64,000 bases of DNA. It comes from the human T2T-CHM13v2.0 reference genome, Homo sapiens. Below are positions 12,948 to 27,140 of this stretch, piece by piece. Position 1 is the stretch's first letter. The number at the start of each line of letters is the position of its first letter. Both the position numbers and the translations under genes were made by a program. Under the pieces are notes generated by a model that did not search any database, was not told the origin of the DNA, and was given only the letters and a program-made list of their open reading frames with translations. Location of the stretch: assembly GCF_009914755.1 (NCBI RefSeq), contig NC_060933.1; one strand, written 5' to 3'.

Positions 12948-13208
12948 AAACCAAACACCGCATATTCTCACTCATAGGTGGGAACTGAACAATGAGAACA
13001 CATGGACACAGGAAGGGGAACATCACACTCTGGGGACTGTTGTGGGGTCGGGGGAGGGGGGAGGGATGGCACTGGGAGATATACCTAATGCTAGATGACG
13101 AGTTAGTAGGTGCAGCGCACCAGCATGGCACATGTATACATATGTAACTAACCTGCACATTGTGCACATGTACCCTAAAACTTAAAGTATAATAATAATT
13201 AAAAAAAA
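12948..13208 (+). mobile_element. Young 5'-truncated L1 3' end (L1PA2/L1PA3-like)
   Basis: Very close to the L1HS/L1PA2-3 3'UTR with CpGs retained; has gacGAGttag rather than the Ta-diagnostic ACA; short A tail. Confidence 0.92.
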
Positions 13209-15552
13209 TCCTGCATACAGAATAAAAAAGTATTTATTACATAAAAATCGATTAACAAATTTGAAAAGAACCCTCAAACCCCCTAGGTTCAAAGAAAATA
13301 TGTTTTCCTCTATTATCGCCGATGTTACAACAAAATCTAATTTCATCCTTATGACACCTAGAAATATCAGAGTAGGCTACTGTATTTGTCACAGTGAGGT
13401 TCTCAAGTTTGATTTCTAGCTGTCCGTCAAAATGCCACCTTTAATCTTATTAGTTCATGTCACTGAAATTTGAGATGAACCCCATAAGTTTTATTAAAAA
13501 CAGAGTAGAGTTGCCATCCAAAGCTAATGAATAATTGAATATATTTTTCATATTAGTTCATAAGAGTCATAAATAATGACATATAACATCTAATTAGTAC
13601 ATTTTTAGACATAAATGTTTATAAGAATGATGTGATGAAGTACATTGATGAAGTACATTAAATTATAATTATTCTTTGGTTAAAAGATTTGCAATTTAAC
13701 CCATATGACATCTGTATCTTGTACCTTTTAGCTTATTCTCTAGGTAGCTATCTGTCTGCCACCAAAATAACATATGGTAGAATTAAACAGACGTCATTAC
13801 TTGTAGAAGAGTCTTCACATTTTGCAAAAGTAAAGCAACTGTCTAACTCACAGAAAGTTAAAATAATTCTAAGCCTCTCTCCCCCAAAATAAGGTATGTG
13901 CCAAGTAGAATATAATTCTCTCAGAAAACAATCACCTCCAGGAAATCTCAAGGGAATAAGTTTAATACCTTGTTCCAATCTCTGTACATTGCTTCAGCAT
14001 AAGATAGCAAGAAAATTAAAAGATTGGTTTTGTTTACAGAAGACACCGCCTTTCTTTCAATACTTTTACATGAACTCATCTCATTCTTATTCATGGAAGA
14101 ACACCCACACTTCTATGAATCCAAAGTACCAAAGTCAATAGAAATATCCACATATCCAAAATAAGGATTTTTTTTGTCAAAGAGGAAAGAGATGTGCTAA
14201 CAGTATTCCAAACATCAAATAACTACATTTTTTTAATTTAACAATCTTTCTTTTTCTAAAATAAGTGAAAATTCAGTCTCCAAATTAAAAAACTAAAAGC
14301 ACTACTTTTTTCAGAACCTGCTCAAACTATCCAGAAATTTAGGGAATCTACACCTCTTCAGATATCAAGTGATATCCGAATTTACCCAATTAATTATAAT
14401 TGGTTAAATAAAAAGTAAAACAATATTACAAAAACATTTCCAAGGACAAGTTTTTGGCACATACAATTTTGACAAGTGTTTGGAAAAACTGGTGCTTTCA
14501 TATACCGTTGGTCAGTACATAAATTGGTGTAGGTGCCTTGGAGGACATTTTGACAGTGTCCATCCAATTAGTAACTTACAAACCTTTCAAGTCTGAATCT
14601 TTTCTGTATTTATTCCACAAGTGTACATGTTCATGTATGCCAAAAATGTCAGTTGCCATGTTTCTTTGTAATAGCAAACCACCGGAAGCTCTAGGATGGG
14701 CTGCTGCCTTGTGAAAAATGCATGAGTGTAAATTTGGTGGCTTAAGCAGAGGTAAATCTGGTTAAGCTCTCAGTCACCAAAAGGATCTCAGATGATGATG
14801 CCCCCTGATTTGGGCTAGAAGGCAGTGAGTCATACTTCTAACATCTGGTGGAAGGAAAAATGAAAGTACAAAATGCTAAAAATAAATAAGTTGGTAAGTG
14901 AATTAGCATTTCTTTAGCACTAAAATGGTTAACAACTCTGTAAAATGCAAGATAACAGGCTACCATGAAAGGATATTTCTATCTTTCCTTCTCAAGCTTT
15001 TATTTTTACAAATGGTGATTCTAAGCACCCTTCTTCCTATAGATTTATAGGGTTTTCCCTCAGAACCAAGATCATGGAAATTATCTTAACAATTAATTGC
15101 AATTAAATTTAAGAGCAATTTATCTAGTTCACACTAGGCTGGTGCCCACTTGAATGCAAGTTCGTCAATAAAGTGTAACTTCCATGAAAGCCAGATTAGC
15201 TTTCATTTTATATTGCATCCCCAGTACCCAGCACCTAAAAGACAGAGCAAGTGACATATAATAGGTAGTCAAAATATATATTTGCAGAAAAATCAGCAGA
15301 GTATATCTAATGGAGTTCTCCAATTGTAAATATTTCTTAAGTGAACTCCACTGCTCTTCAAAATAATTTTGTGTAGCATGAACACTGGCCTGTGTTCACA
15401 TTCATATATTTGCTTTAAGAACTTTAAATAATTTATATAGTCCACTGATTTAAAGAAGTCCTAGAACTACTAAAAACTGAAAGAACCGCCGTGAAACTGG
15501 AAGTCAGTTTTACATGACAATAGTAGTATGTGCTGTCCTTCTATAGACTAAG

Positions 15553-15906
15553 TGTATTAGTCTGTTCTTCTGCTGCTTTAAGGACATACCCGAGACTAGG
15601 TAATTTATAAAGCAAAGAGGTTTAATTGATTCACATTTCTGCATGGTTGGGGAGGCCTCAGGAAACTTACAATCATGACAGAAGACACCTCTTCACAGGA
15701 TGGTACAAAAAAGAATGAGAGCCAAGCGAAGGGGAAAGCCTCTTATAAAACCATCAGCTCTCATGAGAACTCACTATCAGGGACAACAGCATGGGGTAAA
15801 CCACCCTAATGATTCCATCATCTCCACGAGTTTCCACCCTTGACACGTGGGGATTATTACAATTCAAGGTGAGATTTGCATAGGGACACAGAGCCAAACC
15901 ATATCA
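15553..15906 (-). mobile_element. MaLR solo LTR (THE1C-like)
   Basis: tgtattagtctgtt...gaggcctcaggaaacttacaatcatg...gacacagagccaaaccatatca; TSD ctaag. Confidence 0.9.
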
Positions 15907-16184
15907 CTAAGATGGTGGTGTTTATGGAAAAAGCCCAAGAATATTAGTAAAGAGGATTTTGTTATAGAAATGGCTCTACTGTTGATTAATTTTGTAAACT
16001 TAACTTTGCCCTTTAATCCTAGGTTTTCATATTTTTATCAGTAAAATCATGGGAGTTGGGTTGGGGAATCTCTAAATTCTAGTTCCACTTGCTTTAAATT
16101 ATTTGATTCTATGATTTTTGCATATAGCAATGTCTCAAATCTTACTAACAATAGTGGGGTTGCTTTACAGAAAATATATGCCCA

Positions 16185-16524
<340 letters not shown>

Positions 16525-17782
16525 TCAATCTATTGTTATTCTCACTCTTGTTCTCTTGTGTGAGTACTTCCAAAGATAACTGGAAAAAAAAAATTGGCAT
16601 ATATGTTCCTCTAAATGCAATATCTCTTCCCTCTCCCCTTATCTCTCACTATTTACATTTTCACAGCCTTTCATTTCCAATTCAGAACTTGTTGCTGAAT
16701 ACAGCAAAGAGTAAAAATCTCTTTTTTACATGGATTATTCATAGATCACTTGTTAATTGAGCAATGAAACAGATATTCACATACTGTTATACCATTTATT
16801 GGCATAAAAAGACAATATAAAAAGAGGTTTTCAAAATGTGACATTTGACCCAATAATTCCACTGATTCACATATACATTTATATTATTTTGAGATTATTT
16901 CAGTATTATAGAAGAGTTGCATAAATATTTCAAAGAATTCCTGTATACTCTTCACCTGCTATCCAAATGCTAACATTTTACGGCATTGTCATTCTCTCTT
17001 TTTTACTGTGTCTGTTTCCATAGATATGAAAGCTTTTCATTGGAGCATAATTTAAGTTAGAGAAAACTGGAAGAAACCTAAATAACAAGCATCAAGGAAA
17101 TGGCTCCTTCAATTATGGCATATACACTGTATGGAATATTGAAGAGGAATTAAAATGTTTTCAGTGATTATTGTAAAATTGAAGGCAAGATGCTTATTAG
17201 GTAATACTAATTCAAACAGTTATTAAAATTTTAAAGTGATTATGACAAAGATTATGGTATAATGTCTATTAAATATTGCCAAGTGAAAACTCAGAATAAC
17301 ATCAGTGACACATATAAACAGATTGATGGCAAAAAAAAAAGATGAGAAGGGAACATGCAAAAATAAATGTAGTTATATAAGTGTGATTGACTGGGGTTAT
17401 GGATAAATATTCTGTTTTCTAAATAATATAACTTTTTATGGACTATCCTTTAAGATTTTGTGGATGGCAACCTGAAGTATAAACAAGGGGAAAATATTGA
17501 GTTTGAGAAATTAATCACAAGGCTATAAAGTAGAAGGCATAAATTGAACCATATACTGTAAACACTCATAGTTCATGGGAGAAAGAAGCAAAGTGGTCAT
17601 TTTTCCCAAGGAGAAAATAAATAGAACTCAAAACAGAGAAGAGATTATTTGGACTGAGATTTCCAAAGGAATAAAGCTGACACAGGTTTATGATGAAAGT
17701 GCAACAAACAGAATGCTGAATTCTGCTAGATATCAGTTTAATTTTTTACTGTGCTACACGATGCAATTGGATTGCTTCTAAC

Positions 17783-17862
17783 CTGATATTTCACAGAGAT
17801 GTATTATTCCGTGGGTATTACTAACAGATATGTGCAATCTGACTGCCAGACTGAACACAGAC
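17783..17862 (-). other. Candidate 80-nt internal exon
   Basis: Minus strand: ctgttttattggtttacag|GTCTGTG...AATATCAG|gttaga; one frame is open (SVFSLAVRLHISVSNTHGIIHLCEIS). Confidence 0.3.
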
Positions 17863-19959
17863 CTGTAAACCAATAAAACAGATATTTTCAAAGAGAATTT
17901 CTGATAACCAAAATTTAAAGGAGGAGATGAAGATAATAATCTCTTAGCAAAGAATGTTTCACACATGTGACTTTTAAAAGTTTAATTACATGTTCAACAC
18001 AAAGGGAAACATTTCTGAAAGCCAGGAATTCTGTTGTAAGGTGTTTTGGGGTATAAAGAATCGTAATTTAACGAATAACCCTCAGAATATCAGGTGGTAT
18101 TTAAAAATGCTTTGTTTTAGTATATTTTCTCATTAATTTTTATCTGAATATTTGGCTCTAAGGCTTACAAACCTATGCATAGGCAATTTTGCCAGGGGAA
18201 ATAGGCAGGAAGTATTTTCATCTATCTGCTGAAGATACAACTTTTTACCATAAAGCAGTCATAATTTTGTCTTGGAACGAAACACAAAGAACAGTATAAT
18301 GTTAATCGTGATTAAAAAATAATGCTATGGTGTTAGAATATATTATCAAAAAGTAAGCTGGCCAATGTTCAATGTTTTGTTTTTGTTTTCTCATAAGTGG
18401 GAAAGAAAAGAGAAATGAGGGAAGAGTAGGTTTGGAGAAAATAAAAGCAGAAAAAGTCTGCAATATCTCCCAGTGTCCACACCAAGCTGTTCTCCACTTA
18501 GATTAGTCTAATTCATTCTGTATAGGTAAGATAGAAAAGCAGAAAAGAAAGTATGTATCTTTAATCTATGATTAAAATAAATTATAATTGCATGTTTTCA
18601 TCTTCGCCCTATCACTAATTCACCTCCTCTATTACTAGCCAAAGGCTCAAGTATTTTGCAATAGTAGCACAATTATAAGAGCATTGGTAGAAGGTCCAGC
18701 GACAAGAGGTTAGATTTTTATATATTTTATTTTACATATTTATATATTTTATTCATTGTTTGTAGTAAAGAAATGGAGGAATAAAAAATGACTCTCAGAA
18801 TTTGGGCTTAGGCATCTTGATAAACGGTGACATGATTTACTGTGAAGTACAAAACATAGAGAGACAGGTTTGGGGAAAAACAAGTCATCTGTCTTGAAGA
18901 ATTCAGGTATGAGATGTTTATTAGTCACCCAAGAGAAAATAATTTAGTATCAAGTGGGCAGTATTAGCAATAATACATGATGGATTTCTGATTTAAAAAA
19001 TCTTTATCAGAAAATCTAGTATACATGTAGTAGCAGAAATCGGTCTCTCAGTAAAATTTCTAGGTAGATACAAATGGAATTCTTTCCTAACATGAGACCA
19101 CCCAAGCAGGTTTAACACATAAGAAACTGGTACTTGAACCCCAGACTCTACTAAATACAATATCTTTATTGTATCTAAGGTATACTTCATGGTATATTAA
19201 ATCTTTGCAAAACGAACATTGAAAATCTAAAGCTAATCACAACTCCAGAAAGAAACTAGATTATTTTCTTTTTCTAAAAGAAAAGGATGCTTTTACTCTG
19301 CTCATAGCTGAGTTTGTCATCTATTGTTATTTCACAGATGACATAATTCACAAGTTATTAAAGGTTTCACTGCAGTCTGAACTTGTATTCTTACACATTC
19401 CAAAACACTTTCAATTTTCTTTAACTACCCTCTAAAGTAATTTCAGTACCAAAGAATAGAGGAGGAAAAAATATACATTGAATGTGTAAAGCAGGGGCAG
19501 AGAGTTGATCTATTATGACATACATCTTTATGAAAGAAAAGATAGGATGACTTGCTCATGGCTACATACTTTATAAGTTATTTCTTCTCACTCATAAAGA
19601 TAGTTCTTTTTTAAAAAGGTTAGGATTTCTTTATATTTTATACAAGTTATCTCTCTTCAGTCTTCACAGTTTTTGTAGTTGTCAAGTTTCAAACACTAAA
19701 GGACAACTTACTTTTTCACAGTTATCGTATTGCCTTCTCAACATATATGCTGCTGTTTAGAATTTATCCCCGAGTCATGGTAAAATCATAGTTTAATCTT
19801 TGTGTATACAAAATCATATCTGAATAAAAATAAAGTCTGTAAAATTCAAAATCATATCCAGATCTGATGATAGTAACCAATACAAATGGGATTATAATTG
19901 GATTGTCAATCTCATCAATATCATAATTATTCTTTTAAGTTATAGAGTACTAAAATTGT

Positions 19960-20400
19960 AGTCATACAAAATGAATGAATTCTAGAGTTCTGCTGTGTAA
20001 CATTGTGCCTATAGTTAAAATTAATGTATTGCATACATAAAATTTTGTTGCTGGGCATGGCGACTCATGCCTATAATCCCAGCACTTTGGGAGGCCGAGG
20101 TGGGCAGATTGCTTGAGCTCAGGTGTCCGAGACCAGCCTGGGCAACACGGCAAAACCTCCTCTCTACAAAAAATACAAAAATTAGCTGGGTGTGGTTGCA
20201 CATACCTGTGGTTTCAGCTACTTGGGAGGCCGAGGTGGGAGGATGGCTTGAGTCCAGGAGGTCAAGGCTGTAATGAGCTGAGATTGTGCCAATGAACTCC
20301 AGCCTGGGTTAGAGACCTGTGTCAAAAAAAAAATTGTTAAGAAGACAGAGTTCATGTTAAATGTTCTTACAACAATAATAAATAAATAAATAAATAATAA
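19960..20400 (+). mobile_element. Old L1M (L1MB-like) 3' end interrupted by an AluJ
   Basis: ttctagagttctgctgtgtaacattgtgcctatagttaaaa...| Alu |...catgttaaatgttcttacaacaataataaaataaa. Confidence 0.7.
20049..20333 (+). mobile_element. AluJ (AluJb-like)
   Basis: gattgcttgagctcagg, ggaggatggcttgagtccaggaggtcaaggctg; TSD approximately aaaatt(tt)gtt. Confidence 0.92.
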
Positions 20401-21493
20401 ATCATATAGTACTAATTTCATAAAGGTATACATACCTATGTAAAAATATAAAATAATATCAAAAGTATATGCTTCTATGTGTCTAGAAAGAAATCATATA
20501 AACTAAGTATATAAATAAGCATATATACTAAGTGGTTAACTACTCTTTTTGTAGAGTAGGAATAAGAGCAATGTTTACTTTTTATTTAATGCATTTCTAT
20601 ATTGTTTGTCTTTTATAGCAGGAATGCATTGTTTAAAAAATTGGAGAAATGGCAAGTTATAGAAAGGAGATAACTACGTGTAGTAAAATAACAACAATAA
20701 ATAAAATCACTAAACATCAGAGCAAAATCACATTTGTCAATTTGATTCAGAAGGTTTCCAAAATGTCCAATACAATTATAAGAAGATAATATGGCATATG
20801 AAGATAAAAATTAAATGTAGTTATTATAATAAAACTTTTGTAAAAATAGGACAGTAGTATGCCAAACAGATTACTCTCAAATTTTTCTATTTAATTTATA
20901 AAATAGTATTAAGCCTGTAATGTATAAAAGGATTCATGGAAAAATCACAATTTTAAAAATAATCTGGCTTTCAAAGTGTATCTTAATTAATAATAAATAT
21001 CACATCATGTACTATAACAACCTAAGTGAACAATACTGGGATTAAGGCCACAAATTTGACCACATCATGACTTTAAGGATGTTACAGTATAACTATGTTA
21101 AAAGAAAAACATTTTACTAAATTGGACTATTAAATTTCCTAAGAAAAATGTTACCTTGCCTCTTAAGAAATTAAAAAGCAACCTCTGGGTCATTTTCAGT
21201 AACTAAGTTCTAAACTGCTTCTTTCATTCATTCAGTAAAAAACATGTTGATTGACTCTCATGTATCAAAGATAAAGAAGTGAATAAAGCAAACAAAGAAA
21301 AACTGTCCTGGTGATGCTCACATTCTAGAGGATGGAGAAAGAATAAACAAAATTAATAAACAAAATTAATTTTAAAATATTTAGAATGTTAGTGATAAAG
21401 GTAAGGGAGAAAAATTAAGTAGAGAAAGAAATAGGGATTGGGGGTAATTTTGAGTTTAACAGACAAACTGAGGAGATATTGGAGTCAAGATCA

Positions 21494-21842
<349 letters not shown>

Positions 21843-22269
21843 TCATGTCACTGTCTGGGGGAAGGGATTTCTAGGCATAAGGGCAGAAGGGGCAATGATG
21901 CAAAGGCCTAAGGTATTGCCTGCTTTTTTATGTTTAAAAATTAAACAGGCCCATTCATTGGATCAAAATGGTAGGGAAGAGAAGTGGTAGAAGAGGAAGT
22001 TAGAGAGATTGAGGCAGATCTTATAAGACCTGCAATCTCATTACAAGGACTTTGCTTTTATCTTGTGCAATATGGGAAGCCAACAGAGGGTTTTGAGCAC
22101 GGAAAAGGCACAATTTGTCTTATGTTTTACCAGCATTCCTCTGACTGTTGTGTTGAGAGCACTCTAAAGGGATGTAAAAGTGGAAATTTAGACAACAGAT
22201 AGGAGACAACTGCAAGAATCTAGAGAGAGATTATGGCAGCCCAGAGCCATGTTGGCATTAAAGGGTACA

Positions 22270-22742
22270 GAAGATAACAGCAGTGCCTTGCCCATATTTC
22301 CTGGATCTTATAGTTCAGTTCATGCCATTTAACTTCTAACTGCCAGCATCAACATATCTTTGCTTGAAGGCTATCTGGGACTGGAGCTAACTTTTCCCAT
22401 GCATGCAGAAGCCCAACAATATCCACTTTCTCCCCTTGGACAAGCACCCACACCAATAACAGACCGGAGTTGGTATATAAATACCACAGTGTTGTTATTT
22501 CTGAAGTGGAATGAAGCTGACACATGTATTTTACAAGAGCTCCAGATTTCCCCAGGGCAATTTACCACCAGTTGCCTATTGTGGAAACTTCCTTGATTAT
22601 GTACCTCTTACTAGCTGCCTTCCCTTTCTTGTCTCATTTCCCCACTTCCTACTATAGTTTCCTGGAATCACATCCAAAACAGCTACTGGCACTCAAATCA
22701 TTCCCAGGATTTGGGTCTGGTAGAAATTCAACCTAAGTTAGA
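22270..22742 (+). mobile_element. ERVL solo LTR (LTR16-like)
   Basis: ggagttggtatataaatacc...ccttccctttcttgtctcatttccccacttcct...ttcctggaatcacatccaaaacagctactggcactcaaatc...aacctaag. Confidence 0.7.
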
Positions 22743-23065
22743 AGTGATCTTAGAAGGTATTAACTGATATAATGAAAACTACAATGGAAACATTTTGGAA
22801 GCCATGAAGGTAAGAAGTTTAATTCTGGACATGTAAAGTTAGAGGTCCTGGTAGATACCCAAGTGGAGATTTGATTATGCAATTAGATAAGTGAGTCTGT
22901 ACTTCAAGGAGAAGTCTTGGCTTCCAACATAAATTATGGTGCCACCAGTATATAAATGTAATTCAAAACCACGACACTGGGTGAGGTCTCCAAGGTAATG
23001 TCTGTAGATAAAAAGACAGAGTTCAAGAACTGTGCTTTGGCTGCTCCAGGGTTAAAAGTCTAGTG

Positions 23066-23340
23066 CAAGAGTCAGCAAATCATGGCCTGTGGTCCAAAGC
23101 CAACCAATGGCCTCTGTTTGTATGGTCCTTAAGAGTTTTTGTTTGTTTGTTGTTGTTTTGGTCTTTTTTTTTTTTAACTTTTAAAGTGTTGTGAAAACAA
23201 AAAGAAGAAGAGGAAGAGTAGGAGGCAGCAGTGGTAGCATAAGCAGCAAAGGAAGAAAACTAGGGGACAGAAACTCTATGAAATCCACAATGCCTAAAAT
23301 ACTTAGTATTGGCCCTTTACAGGAAGTTTGCTGACCTGTG
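23066..23340 (+). mobile_element. MER58-like hAT-Charlie MITE
   Basis: TIRs caagagtcagcaaa / tttgctgacctgtg; degenerate 8-bp TSD gtctagtg/gtatagag (NTCTAGAN type). Confidence 0.8.
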
Positions 23341-23609
23341 GTATAGAGGAAGAATGGAAATCAGTGAGAGAGAGTGAGAAGGAGTGAACAGAGTGGTAGG
23401 AGGTAAAAAAGAAGGAGAACGTGGTACACCAGAAACCAAATGAAGAAAGATGTCCAAGGAGAATATCAACTGTATCAAAATATGTAGATAGCAGTATTAT
23501 AATAAATTAATTGAATAAGAAACACGGATGTCATTAAAAACCTTGAAAAACATCATTTCATTGGTTGTAAGGAAAAAAGTAAGATTACAGTGGGCTTGAT
23601 GTAGAAAGC

Positions 23610-24790
23610 ACATTTTTCCAGTTCCAGCCATGATGGGATAGGTTTTTTCAGACCAGATCGCCTACTGGAAAGATCTTTAAAAATAGAATAATAGAAATAT
23701 CATCTATTTGAGAACATTGGTGATCTATTAAAGCAGTAGACTAGCGTATACAAGATCCTAGAAAGAAGGGAAGGCCAGAGTTGTGATCCAGATATTTGGT
23801 ATCTACTTTCTTTCAAAATATTTGCTATTATTTGAATGTAAGAAGCTGAGAAACCGAGATGATAAGAAACTGAGAAAGTAGACACAGAGGGTAAGAAGTT
23901 CAGCAGAATTTTAGGATGCAAAGAATTAGAGTTCTGAGCTCATCAAAAAGAAAGTTTCCTAGTAAACATCCAAGGTTTCAGTTAGCTTTCAAACGTCTAC
24001 ATCTTAGAAGCTGGATAATCAAAAAACAAAACCAGTTCTCATAAAGATTTAAGCCAAGCTTTTAATCAGACTTATCATTGATTGAACAGAAGTGATTTGG
24101 CTTCATTCTAAATGACTACCAGAAGTAAACTAAATTCTTTTTGAAAGCAAAAAAAAAAAAAAAAACCTGAAAACAACTTAGAATTCTATTTCCTGTTGAA
24201 ATATGCTTCAGAAAATGAAGGTTAAATATAGCATTATTAGGCAACCAAAAGCTGAAAGAATTCAAATTCAGAAGAAATGCTCTAAAGAAAGCTCTGCGGA
24301 CAGAAAAAAAGATTCTGCTTGGATGCTCAGAAATGCAGTAACAAAAAGGATTTAAATAATAAAAATTATGGGTAACTATAAGAAAAATTTACCTATAAAA
24401 CAATAATAATACTATCTTGAAACATTTGAATATATAAATATGTGTGTTAGTGTTATTTTATTAAGGATATGTAATTATAATATGTGCAAAAGACAAGAAG
24501 ACAGTATAAAAGCAGTTAAAGTGTTCTATGGTGGTTGCATTTTCTAGGAAGTAGAATAAGTTATAATTTACATTTTATTTAATAACACAAAGGTACATGC
24601 CATAATCTTCAGGGCAACTACTAAAATACTAACAAAAATTGCAAAGGTCAAAATAGGGAATGGAATTATTAAAACACATACTAGGTGGTACATAAGATAG
24701 TAAGATGGCAGACTTAAACCCTAATTAAAGAAATTATATTAAGTATAATTTCTTTATTATAGTATTAAGTAGAATAAATCATAATAAAAA
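23610..24790 (+). mobile_element. Ancient L1M 5'/ORF1-region fragments
   Basis: A-rich, degenerate L1M-like text (aagctgaaagaattc, gtaagatggcagacttaaaccc...aattatattaag). Confidence 0.5.
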
Positions 24791-25071
24791 TTTAGAGACT
24801 ATGTGTTTTCTAGCCTCCAAGATGACCCCCAGTGATTCACATTCTTCCCACTTGCAAACTGTACTTATCCCCTTCCAAGGCTTCTAAAGGTCTCATCTCA
24901 TTACATCATCAGCTCAGAGTACAGAATCTTTTCACCTAAATTGGGTCCCAATGCAGATGAAGTAGCCAAAGTACAGGTTCTCTTGATATATGGACCTGTG
25001 AAACTAAAAAGACAAGCTATCTGCCCTGACACACTCAACATATAATCGCAGGACAGGAACAGTATAACTAA

Positions 25072-26018
25072 TGTGTTAGCTTTCTGTTACTTTATAAAAA
25101 ATTACCAAAACTTTGCTTCCTAAAGTAACTGTCTTAGTCAATGTGTGCTGCTACAATAAAATATTATAGACTGGGTGGCTTATAAACAACGCAAATTTAT
25201 TTCTTATAGTTTAGGAGGCTGAGACATCCAAGATCAAGGTGCTAGCAGGTCTGGTGTTTGGCGAGGGCCCATTTTCTTATCTAAACATGGCCATCTCATT
25301 GTATCCTCACATGGTGGAGAGCACAGAGCAAACTCTCTGGAGTCTCTTTTATAAGGGCACTAATTCTGTTTATAAGGGTTTCACTCATTACCTAATTATC
25401 TTCCAAAGTCCTCACCTTTTAATATCATTATATTGGGACTTAAGATTCCAACATATGGATAAGGGGGGAACAGAGGCACAAGGAATCAGTCCATAACAAT
25501 TACACACACATTTATTGTTTCACTTTCTATAGGTCAGCAATTCAGGTATGACTTAACTGGTCCTCTACAAGGCTGCAATCAAGATGTTGACCAGGCATGA
25601 ATTCTCATCTGGAGCTCAAGTGGGGAATTATCCACTACCAAGCTGACTAAAATATTGGCAGAATTCATTTTCTCACAGCTATATGACGTTGGGACTTACT
25701 TGTTGCTGGCTAGCAGCACGAGGTCACTCTTGGCTCCTAGAGGCTTCCCACAGTCCCTACCACATGGCCCTTTACTTAGGCAGCATATAATAGCTTACAT
25801 CTTTAAAGCCAGCTAGAAAACAAGAAAGAACCTTCTAGCAATACAAAAATTTTTAAAGGAAATATAATCGCAGGGTAACATCACATACATTTGTCATGGT
25901 CTACTGGATGGAAGCTACTCACAGGTCCTACTCACACTCTAGGTGTAGAGGTTACATAAGGTATGAACATCCAGGAGGTAGAGATCATGGGACCACCTTA
26001 GAGTGTTTTTGCTATATA
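25072..26018 (-). mobile_element. MLT1D/E-like LTR interrupted by an MLT1A-like LTR
   Basis: tgtgttagctttctgttact...aattaccaaaactt | catttattgtttcac...aaggctgcaatcaagatgttgaccagg...ttggcagaattcattttctc...ccaccttagagt. Confidence 0.75.
25130..25498 (-). mobile_element. MLT1A-like solo LTR
   Basis: tgtcttagtc...gactgggtggcttataaacaac...tccaagatcaaggtgctagcagg...tcagtccataaca. Confidence 0.85.
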
Positions 26019-27140
26019 TGCTATAGACATTTTTGTTCAAAAAAGAGAAAAACGGTAGGCCAAGCAAGTCACTGGTTCATAGCAATTCCAAATCCAGCTG
26101 GGAAAATCTTGGCAGTTCACTTATTAGGGCTCATGGCCTGGGAATAATTCCATTACTTTCAGCTCCACCCTATGCATATTCGGTTCTGCAATCAATTGTC
26201 ATTTCTTTGTCATGAGACATGCATACAGCTGAGTGGTTTTCTTTTCCTTCTTCCTGACAGTAGAATTTTGGACTCAAATGGAATCATTTTTATATTGTCT
26301 ATTTCATACTGTCTAAGTCCCTTTCAGTCCAAGCCAGCAGCATTTATGCTGATATAATTTTCTCAAAAACCTCACAGGCATCCTACTCATGAGTGTTCAC
26401 AGCATTACAAAAGAGCCATGTCCACACATCTCTAAGTCTGAAACAATATTTTAAATATAAAGCCAAGAAATTTCATAGACCTCATTTTCATATTAGACAT
26501 GGGTCCATGTTCTGAGTTAACTGGATAATCAGATGTTGGATTACATGGATGTATCCATGTGTTCACCCATAGTGCTGAACTACTACCCTAAAGGGTAACT
26601 GGCCAGAAGGATTATAAAAAAACAAGCACTTCCAGTTATTATATACAAGTATGGAGAAATATCAATAGAAATATTGGACAATGTCTTGCATACTGGCACA
26701 ATGCAAATTTGTTCAGTTTGATTTGTAGAATCATCTATTCCTAGTCATGTTCAATTGTTTATGATTGGAACGAGGCCAATCTTGGTCACAGGAGGAAAGA
26801 GATAACTGCATAAACAGTGCTTTACAAGGTTTATTATCAATGACTTTGGCATGATAATATGGTGATGAGATTTGGATCAAGATTTGAAACTGCCTTAGAA
26901 AATCTAGAAGGAAAAGGTAATCAAAAATGTATTGAAATTTATCAGGTATGAACAAGATGATAGAATAATTCACTTGAGGGAGCAAAGCCAATTGGGAATG
27001 AAAATTAGGTTTGCTTCTGTCAGGAATGATCTAATATGATCCTACCTGAGGCAGGAATTCTATTAATCTTTTCCAGTTCTTTGATTCTAAGTTCTAAAAG
27101 AAAGAGAAACCTTGGGGGAAAAAAAAACTGTGTATGACTT

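Larger units (their letters stand above)
24840..26430 (-). mobile_element. MLT1 internal sequence (MaLR-int) split by nested LTRs
   Basis: aaaagacaagctatctgccctgacacactcaacatataat...ggacaggaacagtataact resumes as gctatagacatt...gtcactggttcatagcaattccaaatccagctggg after 26020. Confidence 0.65.

Noticed and set aside
13633-13658. tgatgaagtacat x2
   Set aside because: Trivial 13-bp tandem duplication; not CRISPR-like.
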